Origin: an uncultured Hormoscilla sp.
GTDB lineage: Bacteria > Cyanobacteriota > Cyanobacteriia > Cyanobacteriales > Desertifilaceae
Assembly (NCBI GenBank): GCA_963921275.4
Contig: OZ001293.3
Coordinates: forward strand, 5,952,001 to 6,016,000
Length of the DNA: 64,000 bases
Direction: 5' to 3'
In this document: positions 22,930 to 32,239 of the stretch, piece after piece
Layout: each line of letters begins with the position of its first letter
Position numbering within the stretch: position 1 is the stretch's first letter
Position numbers and translations under genes: made by a program
Notes under the pieces: model-generated
Seen by the model: the letters and a program-made list of their open reading frames with translations, nothing else
The model's database searches: none
Told to the model about the DNA's origin: nothing

Positions 22930-24987
22930 TTATTTGCCATTACTATTGTCATTCATGGCTAACACCCGTTCCGCGAGCTTATCTGGCACCTCTTGTAGGT
23001 GGTCGTACTTCCAGTTAAAGAAGCCTACCCCCAAAGTACCCGATCGCAGTTCAATAATAAAGTCCTGCATTTCGGCCTGGGGCAAGTAAGCCGAAACCTT
23101 ATCCCAGCCCTGCCAATCTGAGACAGCATCATAACCCAAAATCTGTCCCCGACGGGTAGTAACTAGCTGCAACACTTTAGAAGTAAACTCGCTGGGTGCA
23201 GTCACCTCAATAGCCGAGATCGGTTCTAGCAGAGTCGGTTGACACTTCGGCATTCCCTCGGTCATGGCGATGCGGGCAGCTTGCTTAAAAGCTTGTTCGG
23301 AACTATCAACCGAGTGGTGAGAACCATCAGTCAGAGTTACCGCCACATCCACCACCGGGAAACCCAAGGGTCCCCGTGCCAGATACTCCCGCACCCCCGT
23401 TTCCACCCCAGGAATATACTGCTTCGGCACCACGCCACCGACAATTGTTTGGCTGAAACTAAAGCCTTCCCCCCGTGACAGAGGTTGAATATCTAGATAG
23501 ACATCTCCAAACTGGCCGTGACCGCCACTTTGATGCTTGTAGCGCCCGTGTATCCGCGTTGCTGGTTTGCGGATCGTTTCCTTATAAGCAATGTGGGGCA
23601 AGTGGGTATGCATCGGCAAGTTGTACTTGCGCCGCAGCCGTTCTAGACTTACCTTCAGATGAATTTCTCCCTGACCCCAAAGGATAACTTCGTGGGTATC
23701 GCCATGCTGTTCCCAGTAGAGGGATGGGTCTTCTTCCAGCAACTTCGCCAAAGCACCCGATAGCTTCACTTCATCGTTGCGCTTTTCTGGGGCGATCGCC
23801 ATTGCATAAACTGGGGGTAGCGGTTGTGCCCGAGGCAGTTCTTTCACCTTAGCATCAGTAGAGAGGGTATCTCCGGTTTTAGTCTCCTCCATCCGGGCCA
23901 GGGCCACAATTTCACCAATTCCAGCTTTTGCTAGGGACTCCTGTTGTTGTCCGAACAAGCGGTAAATGCCACCCGCACGCACGCCATTGAGCACCATACC
24001 ATCAGTCAACTCGCCCCGCCAAACTCGCACCAAAGAAAACTTGCCTCCTTGGGGAGTATAATAGGTTTTCAATACCTGAGCTAAAGGCGTGTCTAAGGAG
24101 GTATTAACTCCTCGGCGTTCGGAAGTAGCAGCAGGGTCGGGTGCTTCCCGCCGCAGGACATCTAGCAGCGGTCGGACCCCAGCACTTTGTTCTGCCACGC
24201 CCAGGAACACGGGTACAATCAAATCTGCCCTCAGTTCCATCTTCAAATCTTTGACAATTTCCTCTTGGGATGGTTCAATTTCCTCTATCAGTTCTTCCAG
24301 CAGATGGTCGTCAAAGTCCGCCAAAGTTTCTAACATTTGGGTGCGTGCCTTTTTCTCCTCCTCTTGGAGAGACTCTGGCAGCGGCACTGGATCTGCCGGG
24401 GCACCGGGATGGTAATGATAAGCTTGTTCGCTCACCAGATCGATATATCCCACCAGTTCTTGTCCTTTGCCGATGGGATATTGATGAGGGATGACTGGAC
24501 GACTAGAGACAGTCTTCAGCGCCTTGAGTATCTCTGTAAAGCTAGTGGCGCAGCGGATCTCCTCCGTACAAACCCGGTCCATTTTGTTAACAAAGACCAG
24601 GTGCGGAATCTTCCAGTCATCCAGGAACTTAAATAATGGGGCGAGGGCGAGTACCCGATCAGGTTCCGGTTCGCAGACCACCACTGCTGCACCCACGCCC
24701 ATGAGGGCATTATAGGTTTCCTGGGCAAATTCTACCGAACCCGGGCAGTCCAGAAATGTGAAGTGGATCCCTTCACAGTCAGTGCTAGCAAAGTTCACCT
24801 CCACAGTCATCTGGCGCGATCGCGCCTCTGGGGAACCATCCCCCACCGTATTACCTTCTTGCACGCTCCCTTTGCGGGAAGTTGCGCCAGTGACATGCAG
24901 CAAACTTTCTAGTAGAGTGGTTTTACCGCTTAAATACGGGCCTACAATGGCCACATTGCGACTGTCCGATAGGACTTTTTGGTTCAT
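22930..24987 (-). CDS. Elongation factor G-like paralogue (EF-G2 type)
   Basis: Divergent G1 GPYLSGKTT, DCPG, NKMD, YKHQSGGHGQFG, HSVDSSE. Confidence 0.92.
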   Translation of the reverse strand: MNQKVLSDSRNVAIVGPYLSGKTTLLESLLHVTGATSRKGSVQEGNTVGDGSPEARSRQMTVEVNFASTDCEGIHFTFLDCPGSVEFAQETYNALMGVGAAVVVCEPEPDRVLALAPLFKFLDDWKIPHLVFVNKMDRVCTEEIRCATSFTEILKALKTVSSRPVIPHQYPIGKGQELVGYIDLVSEQAYHYHPGAPADPVPLPESLQEEEKKARTQMLETLADFDDHLLEELIEEIEPSQEEIVKDLKMELRADLIVPVFLGVAEQSAGVRPLLDVLRREAPDPAATSERRGVNTSLDTPLAQVLKTYYTPQGGKFSLVRVWRGELTDGMVLNGVRAGGIYRLFGQQQESLAKAGIGEIVALARMEETKTGDTLSTDAKVKELPRAQPLPPVYAMAIAPEKRNDEVKLSGALAKLLEEDPSLYWEQHGDTHEVILWGQGEIHLKVSLERLRRKYNLPMHTHLPHIAYKETIRKPATRIHGRYKHQSGGHGQFGDVYLDIQPLSRGEGFSFSQTIVGGVVPKQYIPGVETGVREYLARGPLGFPVVDVAVTLTDGSHHSVDSSEQAFKQAARIAMTEGMPKCQPTLLEPISAIEVTAPSEFTSKVLQLVTTRRGQILGYDAVSDWQGWDKVSAYLPQAEMQDFIIELRSGTLGVGFFNWKYDHLQEVPDKLAERVLAMNDNSNGK

Positions 24988-25140
24988 AACATACTCCTTT
25001 AGCTTTGAGCCAATAACTCTTTTTTTGAGATTATCCTGTTCCTAACCCTCCAGATTAAAATTGCAACTTCTTTTAACATAAACCTCTCTTTTTATTTAAG
25101 TAAAGTTAACTTATGCGTCAATATATTAAGTTTTGTCCGC

Positions 25141-25237
25141 CGTTCGTAGTAAGCACTTTAGTGCTTCCCAGGTCGTTCGTAGTAAGCACTTTAGTGCTTC
25201 CCAGGCCGTTCGTAGTAAGCACTTTAGTGCTTCCCAG
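25141..25237. repeat. Three tandem palindromic REP-like units
   Basis: CGTTCGTAGTAAGCACTTTAGTGCTTCCCAGG repeated. Confidence 0.85.
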
Positions 25238-25448
25238 GTTTGGAGTTAAAGTTATGTTAAGGCGAGCGATTTGACCGAGACCGCACGATACATTTCGCCA
25301 ACTAAGGTTAAAATAATGTTAAAAAACAGAGAGTGGAGGGAAAATAATGTTAGCGAGCGATAGTCTCACTTTCACTCTTTTGCCCAGAAACCCGGTTTTT
25401 TAGAAAAACCGGGTTTCTTTATACGCAGTGCAGAGGGTGAAAGCTGAT

Positions 25449-28108
25449 TTAGCGAAAGGGGGCGATCGCAAACAGCAGCTCTTTTCTAAGATTGGCTGAC
25501 ATAGCTTGATTGCTCTGGGCGATCGCGCGGTTTATTTCCTCCATCTGTGCCCGATCGGGTCTGGAAAACTGAGAGTTGTACCGCCGCAGCCATCTTTGCA
25601 GATAATCTTCACCTAAGTGGGCGATCGCCCTATCCTGACTGCCACAGGCCCAAATCAAAAAAGCCAAACTTTCCCACTTACCCAGTTTTGCTAGCAAAAA
25701 CTGGGCATTTTTCCTCACGTGGAAGCGCGGATCTTCCCGAAAAATATTCCCCAGACGCTCAACACCAACCAGTCTTGCTCGACCCAGTAGGGCCTCACGT
25801 CCAGCGCGAGATATACTGGGGCGATCGTCTGTTAGGGCCTTGACAAATAGATCTACCAGAACATCTCCATTCAACTTAGCAGCAGACGGCAGTGGGGCAC
25901 AGCAAACTTTCGGGTTAGGGTGAGAACAGAAGGGAACGACTGCATCAGCATCGATCGCGCCACCGATATCCCCCAGACCCAAAAGTGCCCCGCAAAGTTG
26001 ACTTTCGACATTGCTAGTCAGGCCATGGCGATAGAATGCCGTGAAATCCATTGGGGCAATTTTGTTCAGGTAATAGCGGGCTAACTCGCGGATGGAACTG
26101 TGGCGATCGCATAAACTCAAGTGTAATTGTGGCGGTGCTTGGGCGGGTAACTTTTTTACGTAAGCTTGCAGTGCTTCCCGGCTAGCGATGTCTCCTGTTG
26201 TGCTCTTGTCCCCAGGGGACTCGGCACACAGGAGACATCGGACGGGCATAAACCGGTTCCCGCTCATTTTCAACAAGAAGCTGCGAACCATAGCCCCCTC
26301 GAATTCCGAGCTAATTTTTCTTGCCACCCACAGTCTAACAGTGCTATCTCCATCTGCGATCGCCCGATCGAGCAGCCAAAGCTTTTCTATTCCTGCCGAC
26401 TCTGCTGCTATATGAAAGCAACAGCGCCTGACAACTCGATCTCTTGATTTCAATCCCGTCAGTAATGCATCATTACATTCTGCACTTGAGTAACTCAAAT
26501 ACCGATTCCATCAGCCAGCGGCGATCGCGTGCAGCCGGATCTCGGCGCATCTGTAATCTCGATATGAGGGCAAGATTCCTGTGCGATGAGTTCCAGCCTA
26601 ACGTAGTCATATACGGAACGCTGGCCTAGGAAACTAGGAACTCTGGTAATCATGGGGGTTTAATTCCCCCTCCCCAGGTACAGGGGTAACCGCGTGAGGT
26701 GCTGCGAAGTAACATCATCGTGGTGCCAAGCGAGGACTCAAATGTAGGATAACTGGCAGCCCAAGCCGGTGACTCTGCTAGGAAAGATGTCCATGGCTAG
26801 AACAAGCGAACCTATGTAAACCTCGTTAAACCCAACCAGCGAAATAAGGCTTAATGCGCTGGAACAAAAGTTAATGCAGTTAGTGTTAATTAGGGAATTG
26901 GCTAACATTGTACCCAAATAACTGCCGGGGAAAAGTAGGGGCCTAAAGGCATCGTGAAATGATACCAGGGAACGAAGTAACCTCAGCGAGAGGAACGAAG
27001 TAACCCCCGTGGTGCTGTCCTCATTTGGACAAGTCAGATGTGCGTCCGCGTAGCGTGCGCGCAGCGCATAGCGCATGCCCATGAGGGGAGAGATGGCCCG
27101 AGAAGCTAATGCCTAGGCGGTGTCTGGAGCATGCCTTGGTGTCTGGAGCACACCGAGTCCTTCAGGACAAGAGTGTGCGGAAGACGCCAAAGTCCTTCAG
27201 GACAAGAGCATGCGGAAGACGCCGGTAATGCCTATGGATACGCAGACGCGGGTCGGTGATACTAGTAAACTATTGGTACAAGTAGCTCTAAAATGTCATA
27301 AGCCCATTTACAGCGTTAGCGAAAGCGAGTTGAGGATTGAGGAATGTTTAACTGGTAAAACGGAGTGTTAAATGGTGATACTAAAGGTTATCCGGCAGCT
27401 CCACTCACCAACCAGGAAAGGGGCGGACGTGCAAGTAGTAAGGGACAATGGGAGTAATCCCTAGTAATCCTACCCGTGAAAGGGGCCTAGTACCCAGTAG
27501 CCGTGTGCGGTGAAAGTCGCATGCACGGTTCCGAAAGGGAGGGTTGTCCCGCGAGGGACAGCTCGACCCCGACTGACAATCTCCGGAGCCTATTCTGGAA
27601 TCAATCGTCTTTCCAAGGCTTCTCTTGCTGCCTCGCGCACATTAATTACCCAGTCATACAGGCGAATTAGCAAAAAAGACAATTCTGCACCATTAGTAAA
27701 TTCTGCCAGTTTCTTCACCGCCGCCTCTCGCACGTAGCCACTCCTGTGAAAACTCGCCAATCCTAGAATTGACAGGGACGACGAACCAAAGCTGAGTAGA
27801 TAGTCTATCTTTTCTGGAAGCAACTCTTGCCATTTCCATCGCATAAATTCATCTAGCCAGAGCAACTCAGCAGGAGATATAATTTTAACTAAACTTTGAA
27901 CTGCTTTAGCTGCTGCTGTTGCCAATTATGGTCTTTCCACAAAAATCAAAGGTATAATGTGAGGAATTGCTGCTGGTTCCTGAGCTTGAGCAATCTGTTC
28001 TAACTTCTTGGATAGGTCATCGTATTTCCCAAACAGCCTTTGCAAAAGACCGTTCCGGGGATCCAGGCGATCGAGCAAAGCCAAGGTTTTATCTGAAATG
28101 GTTCTCAT
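25449..28108 (-). pseudogene. HEAT-repeat protein broken by stops, a frameshift, an antisense intron and a palindromic insertion
   Basis: ORF pieces 27926-28108, 27590-27925 and 25449-26498; SGYVREAAVKKL, LLIRLYDWVINVREAA; junction EIV|RNLAL is in frame across the intron. Confidence 0.8.
26581..27574 (+). mobile_element. ORF-less group II intron, variant C
   Basis: GTGCGATGAGTT start; domain V TAGCCGTGTGCGGTGAAAGTCGCATGCACGGTTC; domain VI; EBS1 GGGAAT pairs with the 5' flank ATTCCT. Confidence 0.9.
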
Positions 28109-28147
28109 AACAGGGCTATTTCCTTCAAGAAGCGATTATCAGATATA

Positions 28148-28375
28148 TTAAGCGATATGAAGATCGCAGCGTTCGAGATAACTGCGGGCGGCCCGATCGC
28201 CCTCATAATATTCCAGGCATTCTTGAAATAAACGCGCCGCTTCTTGAAGAATGCCGTTCGGATAATACGACTGCCCTTTCAAACTTCGTATTCGTCGCCA
28301 TTTTGGCCTCTTTGAGTTCTGGGGTATCGGCGGCAAAGACTTCAAATAACTGCTTCAGCTTTTCCGCTCTTCTGT
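28148..28375 (-). pseudogene. C-terminal TPR-like remnant of the type found on adenylate/guanylate cyclases
   Basis: YY..G..QEAARLFQECLEYYEGDRAARSYLERC. Confidence 0.45.
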
Positions 28376-28497
28376 CACTCGGTCAATAAATCTTAACTCA
28401 GATTCTCCGGGATTATTTAAACCTTGCCTTTGATAGGTGATTAAACGTGAAGCCCCAGCCAAACCAATTATTGACCGGGTTCCAAAGAGTTAATGAT

Positions 28498-29958
28498 TCA
28501 ATTGATAACTTTCCAACCCCGAACGAAATTCTTCTTTTCCATTTCCAACCATAATGCTTCGATCTGTTCTTCGGAATTACTCACTCGGATCTCACGGGAA
28601 AGCGGGTCTTTGCGGTTCGGGCTGAAGTCTGTGAAATGCAGAACATATGCGGGATATTCATCGGAAGACTCCTTATTGGTTTTCCACATGACCAGTTTTC
28701 TTACCATTTCAGCGCCTTTCAGGGTTTTGGTTGCAACTCGACGTTTCAACAGCGTACTTTCAGGCAATTTGTATTCTTTTGCCGATATATCCGCCAGCGG
28801 CACTTCAACTAAGTCGGTTATTTGTTCGATCCTTAAATCTTCGGGATTCACGGATTTATCTTCCCGGAATTTCACGAACTGAGGTGAAATCACATTGGCT
28901 AAAGGCATGCGTCTGATGACTTCATAGCATTTTTTGGAAGCATTCCAGTTCAATACCATTTTGTCTATAGTCCCCTGCCTGGTAGTTTCGGCAATCAGGT
29001 CCAAACAGGATAGTTCGATAATGTATTTCGGTTCCACCATGCGATATGCCACACGATCGGAATTGACTTCGGAATATTCACTATCCACGACGATATCTTT
29101 GAGATCCGAAAGCAGGTTCCGGCGCATTTTTTCCGTAAATCCACCGCCTACATGAGTCAGCAATTGAAAGGTTTCATCCTTTCGCATGATTCCCACCAGA
29201 ACGTCATGAAGCATGCGATCGTCCGTACCTTCGGTAAAACCCAGTACGATCGCATCGATATTATGCCGGGGCTTGATTTTGAAAATACCACTGGATTTAC
29301 CTCGAACCACGACACCTTCAGCGCCTTCATTTTCCACCCATTGCTCGAAATATTCCTTAATTTGAGCGGATTTTTCACCGATAACCGTTTCAACCGGATG
29401 GATATTTTTACCGTTGCCAAATATTGCCGCGATCGCATTCCAGGAATCGGCATACACGGGATATGTTTTTTTGTCACATTCCACGATATCGAACACGGCA
29501 AATTTAAGCCGTTTTACCTCCGATTCATTTTCCGGTTTGCGTGCAATGACCATGACGTCACGAACCCTGGGCCGTGTTTTATCTTCATCCGGCTGCACAT
29601 ATAATTCTCCGGCGATCGCGGCTTGTTTGATTCCGGCTTTTTTCAACAAACTGGCGGCTTCTGCCATGAAATCAAGTCCGGTTCTCACCGTACCGCCGGG
29701 ATTGACCGTAATGGCGCTTTCGCCGTCAAACAGGAGTACGGTAAATTCTCCGTCTATTTTGCGGCTGATATGATAGTTATCCGTTGGGATTTTTTGGGAA
29801 ATATCGGATTTGTCCAGCGGTCGCATAGTCGCCGCCATTTTCCGGCGAAACATTTGCACTTTCGGATGTAACATGGGATCTTTCAGAGCATTCGCCGGAC
29901 CTGTGGCATAATTGCCGATTTTATAGACCAATCTCGAGCGATCGATAAGTGTATCCAT
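28498..29958 (-). CDS. ATP-dependent DNA ligase with OB domain and a C-terminal WGR-like module (LigW-like)
   Basis: Motif I SRKIDGE, III IAGELYV, IIIa FAVFDIV, IV AEGVVVR, V FKIKP; OB domain VGGGF and VEPKYIIEL; VI PQFVKFREDK; about 85-aa beta-rich tail ending in a helix and RGW. Confidence 0.9.
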   Translation of the reverse strand: MDTLIDRSRLVYKIGNYATGPANALKDPMLHPKVQMFRRKMAATMRPLDKSDISQKIPTDNYHISRKIDGEFTVLLFDGESAITVNPGGTVRTGLDFMAEAASLLKKAGIKQAAIAGELYVQPDEDKTRPRVRDVMVIARKPENESEVKRLKFAVFDIVECDKKTYPVYADSWNAIAAIFGNGKNIHPVETVIGEKSAQIKEYFEQWVENEGAEGVVVRGKSSGIFKIKPRHNIDAIVLGFTEGTDDRMLHDVLVGIMRKDETFQLLTHVGGGFTEKMRRNLLSDLKDIVVDSEYSEVNSDRVAYRMVEPKYIIELSCLDLIAETTRQGTIDKMVLNWNASKKCYEVIRRMPLANVISPQFVKFREDKSVNPEDLRIEQITDLVEVPLADISAKEYKLPESTLLKRRVATKTLKGAEMVRKLVMWKTNKESSDEYPAYVLHFTDFSPNRKDPLSREIRVSNSEEQIEALWLEMEKKNFVRGWKVIN

Positions 29959-29975
29959 AATCAATTCTTCCCTTC

Positions 29976-30677
29976 CTAATCACCAGGTTTTTTAAGTTCC
30001 ATCTTGGAAAGATGGAGGATCAATGCATATTTGTCATTTTGAGTCCGGCCTTCCAGGAAGCCCCGGTAGGGCGTAGCGCCTCGACGAAAAATCAAAGGCT
30101 GGTTTCCTTTAGGGCCTCCTCCCAGCAACATCAGGCAGTCTTTGTCTTCCAACTCCTTTGCTATGGCATACAGAAAATCATAAGTTAGTCCGTTGATATG
30201 GGTAATTTGAAGTTTTCCGGAAAAAACGAACTTATTGAATACTTGCGATTTTTCCATCTTTTTCCCGGTCCATTTCAAAGGAATTTCCGTAGCCGTGTTC
30301 GGTTCGGGCATTTGCCTCGGTCGTTTCTCCCGTTCGCTGCCGTCCGGGTTTTTAATTATTTCATTTTGCACGATCCGATGAACGATTTCCCTTTTCGGAT
30401 CGATATATACCCGAGCCGTATTTTTCAAAAAACTGCCGTATGTTTCTATATCGATTTCCGGGTCTTCATTTATCAGCGCTTGCGTAAGGTTCTCCAAATC
30501 GCCGTATTTTTCAAGCAAAGCATCCAAATCCCGATCCATCGTACCTCTTAGAATTTTTTTGGTTTCTGCCTGGCTGCCATGCATATCTATCCAGCGCATT
30601 TTCAAAACCGGTGAAACTGATTCGGTACTTACGGCTGCATCGCGACCCCGGCTGTTACTGATATTTATTGTTCCCAT
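29976..30677 (-). CDS. Hypothetical protein, putative divergent Ku-like subunit B
   Basis: FVFSGKLQI..NGLTYDFLYAIAKELEDKDCLMLL...LIFRRGATPYRGFLEGR...YALILHL follows the order of elements in the Ku core. Confidence 0.6.
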   Translation of the reverse strand: MGTINISNSRGRDAAVSTESVSPVLKMRWIDMHGSQAETKKILRGTMDRDLDALLEKYGDLENLTQALINEDPEIDIETYGSFLKNTARVYIDPKREIVHRIVQNEIIKNPDGSEREKRPRQMPEPNTATEIPLKWTGKKMEKSQVFNKFVFSGKLQITHINGLTYDFLYAIAKELEDKDCLMLLGGGPKGNQPLIFRRGATPYRGFLEGRTQNDKYALILHLSKMELKKPGD

Positions 30678-30698
30678 GATAGTATTCCTTATAATGAT

Positions 30699-31313
30699 TT
30701 ACATCATGCCAAAATCCATATCGTCATCTTCTTCGATTTCCTCCTCCGCCTCTTCGACGGCAGCGGTTTGTTCGTATCCTATAAAATGAATTTCGGTTTC
30801 CTTTCCTACCAGCATCCAAATAGTATCGTCCGTACCTTTCAATAGAAATGCCGTATCCGGTTCCAGTCCGCTACGATAACTGAATGTAAACGCATAAATA
30901 GCGCCGTTTCCGAGTTCATCTAGTAACTTTGTATCTAATTCTGTTTCACAATTGAGCATATAAGAGGAACGAATATTGAAATTCAGGAATTCATCTATGG
31001 TAACTTTTCGTTCCAATGGATTCGGCTGATTGAAACTCGATTGAACGGGTTTTATTTCATTGCCGTCGAAATCCACGGGTTTGAGGTTTGATTTGTCGCA
31101 CCATTCCCCGTTTTGTGAAATATAAGCCAAAGCAGTGCCTCCCTTGCCGATCAATGTTTTTCCATCCCCGGCTAAAACTGCCATTTCACAAAGGTTCCCA
31201 TCCTCATCAAGGGTTTCGATATCGACCGAACCATATAATTTGCTTCGATCCACTTTTGCAAGTGAAAATGGGATGTCCTTCCCGTCATATGTTAAAACCA
31301 GTGGCTTTGCCAT
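30699..31313 (-). CDS. Hypothetical protein, putative divergent Ku-like subunit A with an acidic tail
   Basis: ATG at 31313 after GAGGTG; IPFSLAKV...VTIDEFLNFNIRSSYML...LLDELGNGAIYAFTFSYRSG...AFLL...IWMLVG; tail EEEIEEDDDMDFGMM. Confidence 0.62.
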   Translation of the reverse strand: MAKPLVLTYDGKDIPFSLAKVDRSKLYGSVDIETLDEDGNLCEMAVLAGDGKTLIGKGGTALAYISQNGEWCDKSNLKPVDFDGNEIKPVQSSFNQPNPLERKVTIDEFLNFNIRSSYMLNCETELDTKLLDELGNGAIYAFTFSYRSGLEPDTAFLLKGTDDTIWMLVGKETEIHFIGYEQTAAVEEAEEEIEEDDDMDFGMM

Positions 31314-31559
31314 GTGCTGCACCTCATTATTATTTTTTATTGTCCGAGCAATTACAGACGACACTCCCCAAGAGACGGGCGATCGCCCCCCTAGGCCATC
31401 TTTCTCCTCAATGTCTCCTGTGTGCCGACGGAATTAGGGACCCCAGGATATTCCCTGGCGACTCTCTCTCTCAGCCACGCCGGTTAATATACCCATGTTC
31501 ACCGCTCAAGTCAAGCCGTTGTACATTTTCGTCAATCCCTAGATTTTCTAGCGTTTCCA

Positions 31560-31655
31560 GAATGGTGACCTTGGTGAAGAATAAGCCAAACATAGCGCTA
31601 ATATGACTCCCACAGGCTCCATTACCCATTTCTTTGGCGATTGAGAGCAACCCAT
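31560..31655 (-). pseudogene. hemL: Short fragment of glutamate-1-semialdehyde aminotransferase
   Basis: YGLLSIAKEMGNGACGSHISAMFGLFFT resembles the cyanobacterial HemL C-terminal segment. Confidence 0.55.
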
Positions 31656-31694
31656 ATCTATCTTGCCCAGAAATTACTGGATTTTATGCAAGAG

Positions 31695-32072
31695 TTATTT
31701 CCAAGCATCTAAATCCAGGGCCTTGGATCCTCCCCGTTCCAACTGATTTAATATTTGACCTAACTGATACCAAACTAGCAAGCAAATGAAAACCGTCAGT
31801 GGTGCTGATACTCCGTAGGCCAACTTAGCTGAAAAGTAGAAAATCTGTAAACCTGCAGCTAGAAAAACACAAATGCTAGCACTTATCCCGATAAACGGAA
31901 TTAACAGTTTTTGCCCCCGCATATTTCCCAGGGTAATTTGGGAGCGTTTTTTCGACCACTCTTGCACCGATTGCGTCAAGGATGCATAAAATGCCGTTCC
32001 CGAGGCAACGCCAGCTAGCAAACTAGCTATCACTAAAAAATAAGGTGGTTCGGGAATATAATACACAAACAA
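31695..32072 (-). CDS. Small membrane protein of cyanobacterial type
   Basis: PEPPYFL, three hydrophobic segments, QLERGGSKALDLD. Confidence 0.8.
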   Translation of the reverse strand: MFVYYIPEPPYFLVIASLLAGVASGTAFYASLTQSVQEWSKKRSQITLGNMRGQKLLIPFIGISASICVFLAAGLQIFYFSAKLAYGVSAPLTVFICLLVWYQLGQILNQLERGGSKALDLDAWK

Positions 32073-32239
32073 CTCCTATCTTGCTAATTGATAATTGCTA
32101 ATGGCGAATGGCTAATTGAGCAATTTAAATTTCCAATTGCCCCATTTTCCATTAGCCATAGCGCGTAGCGCTTGCACGCGCAGGACCGGTAGCCTGTCGG
32201 TGCGGCACTGCGTATACGCCATTCGCCAACCTACAATGA

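Noticed and set aside
17845..25237. Palindromic 33-37 bp tandem units (17845, 19731, 25141) as CRISPR repeats
   Set aside because: Units are directly adjacent with no unique spacers; REP-like.
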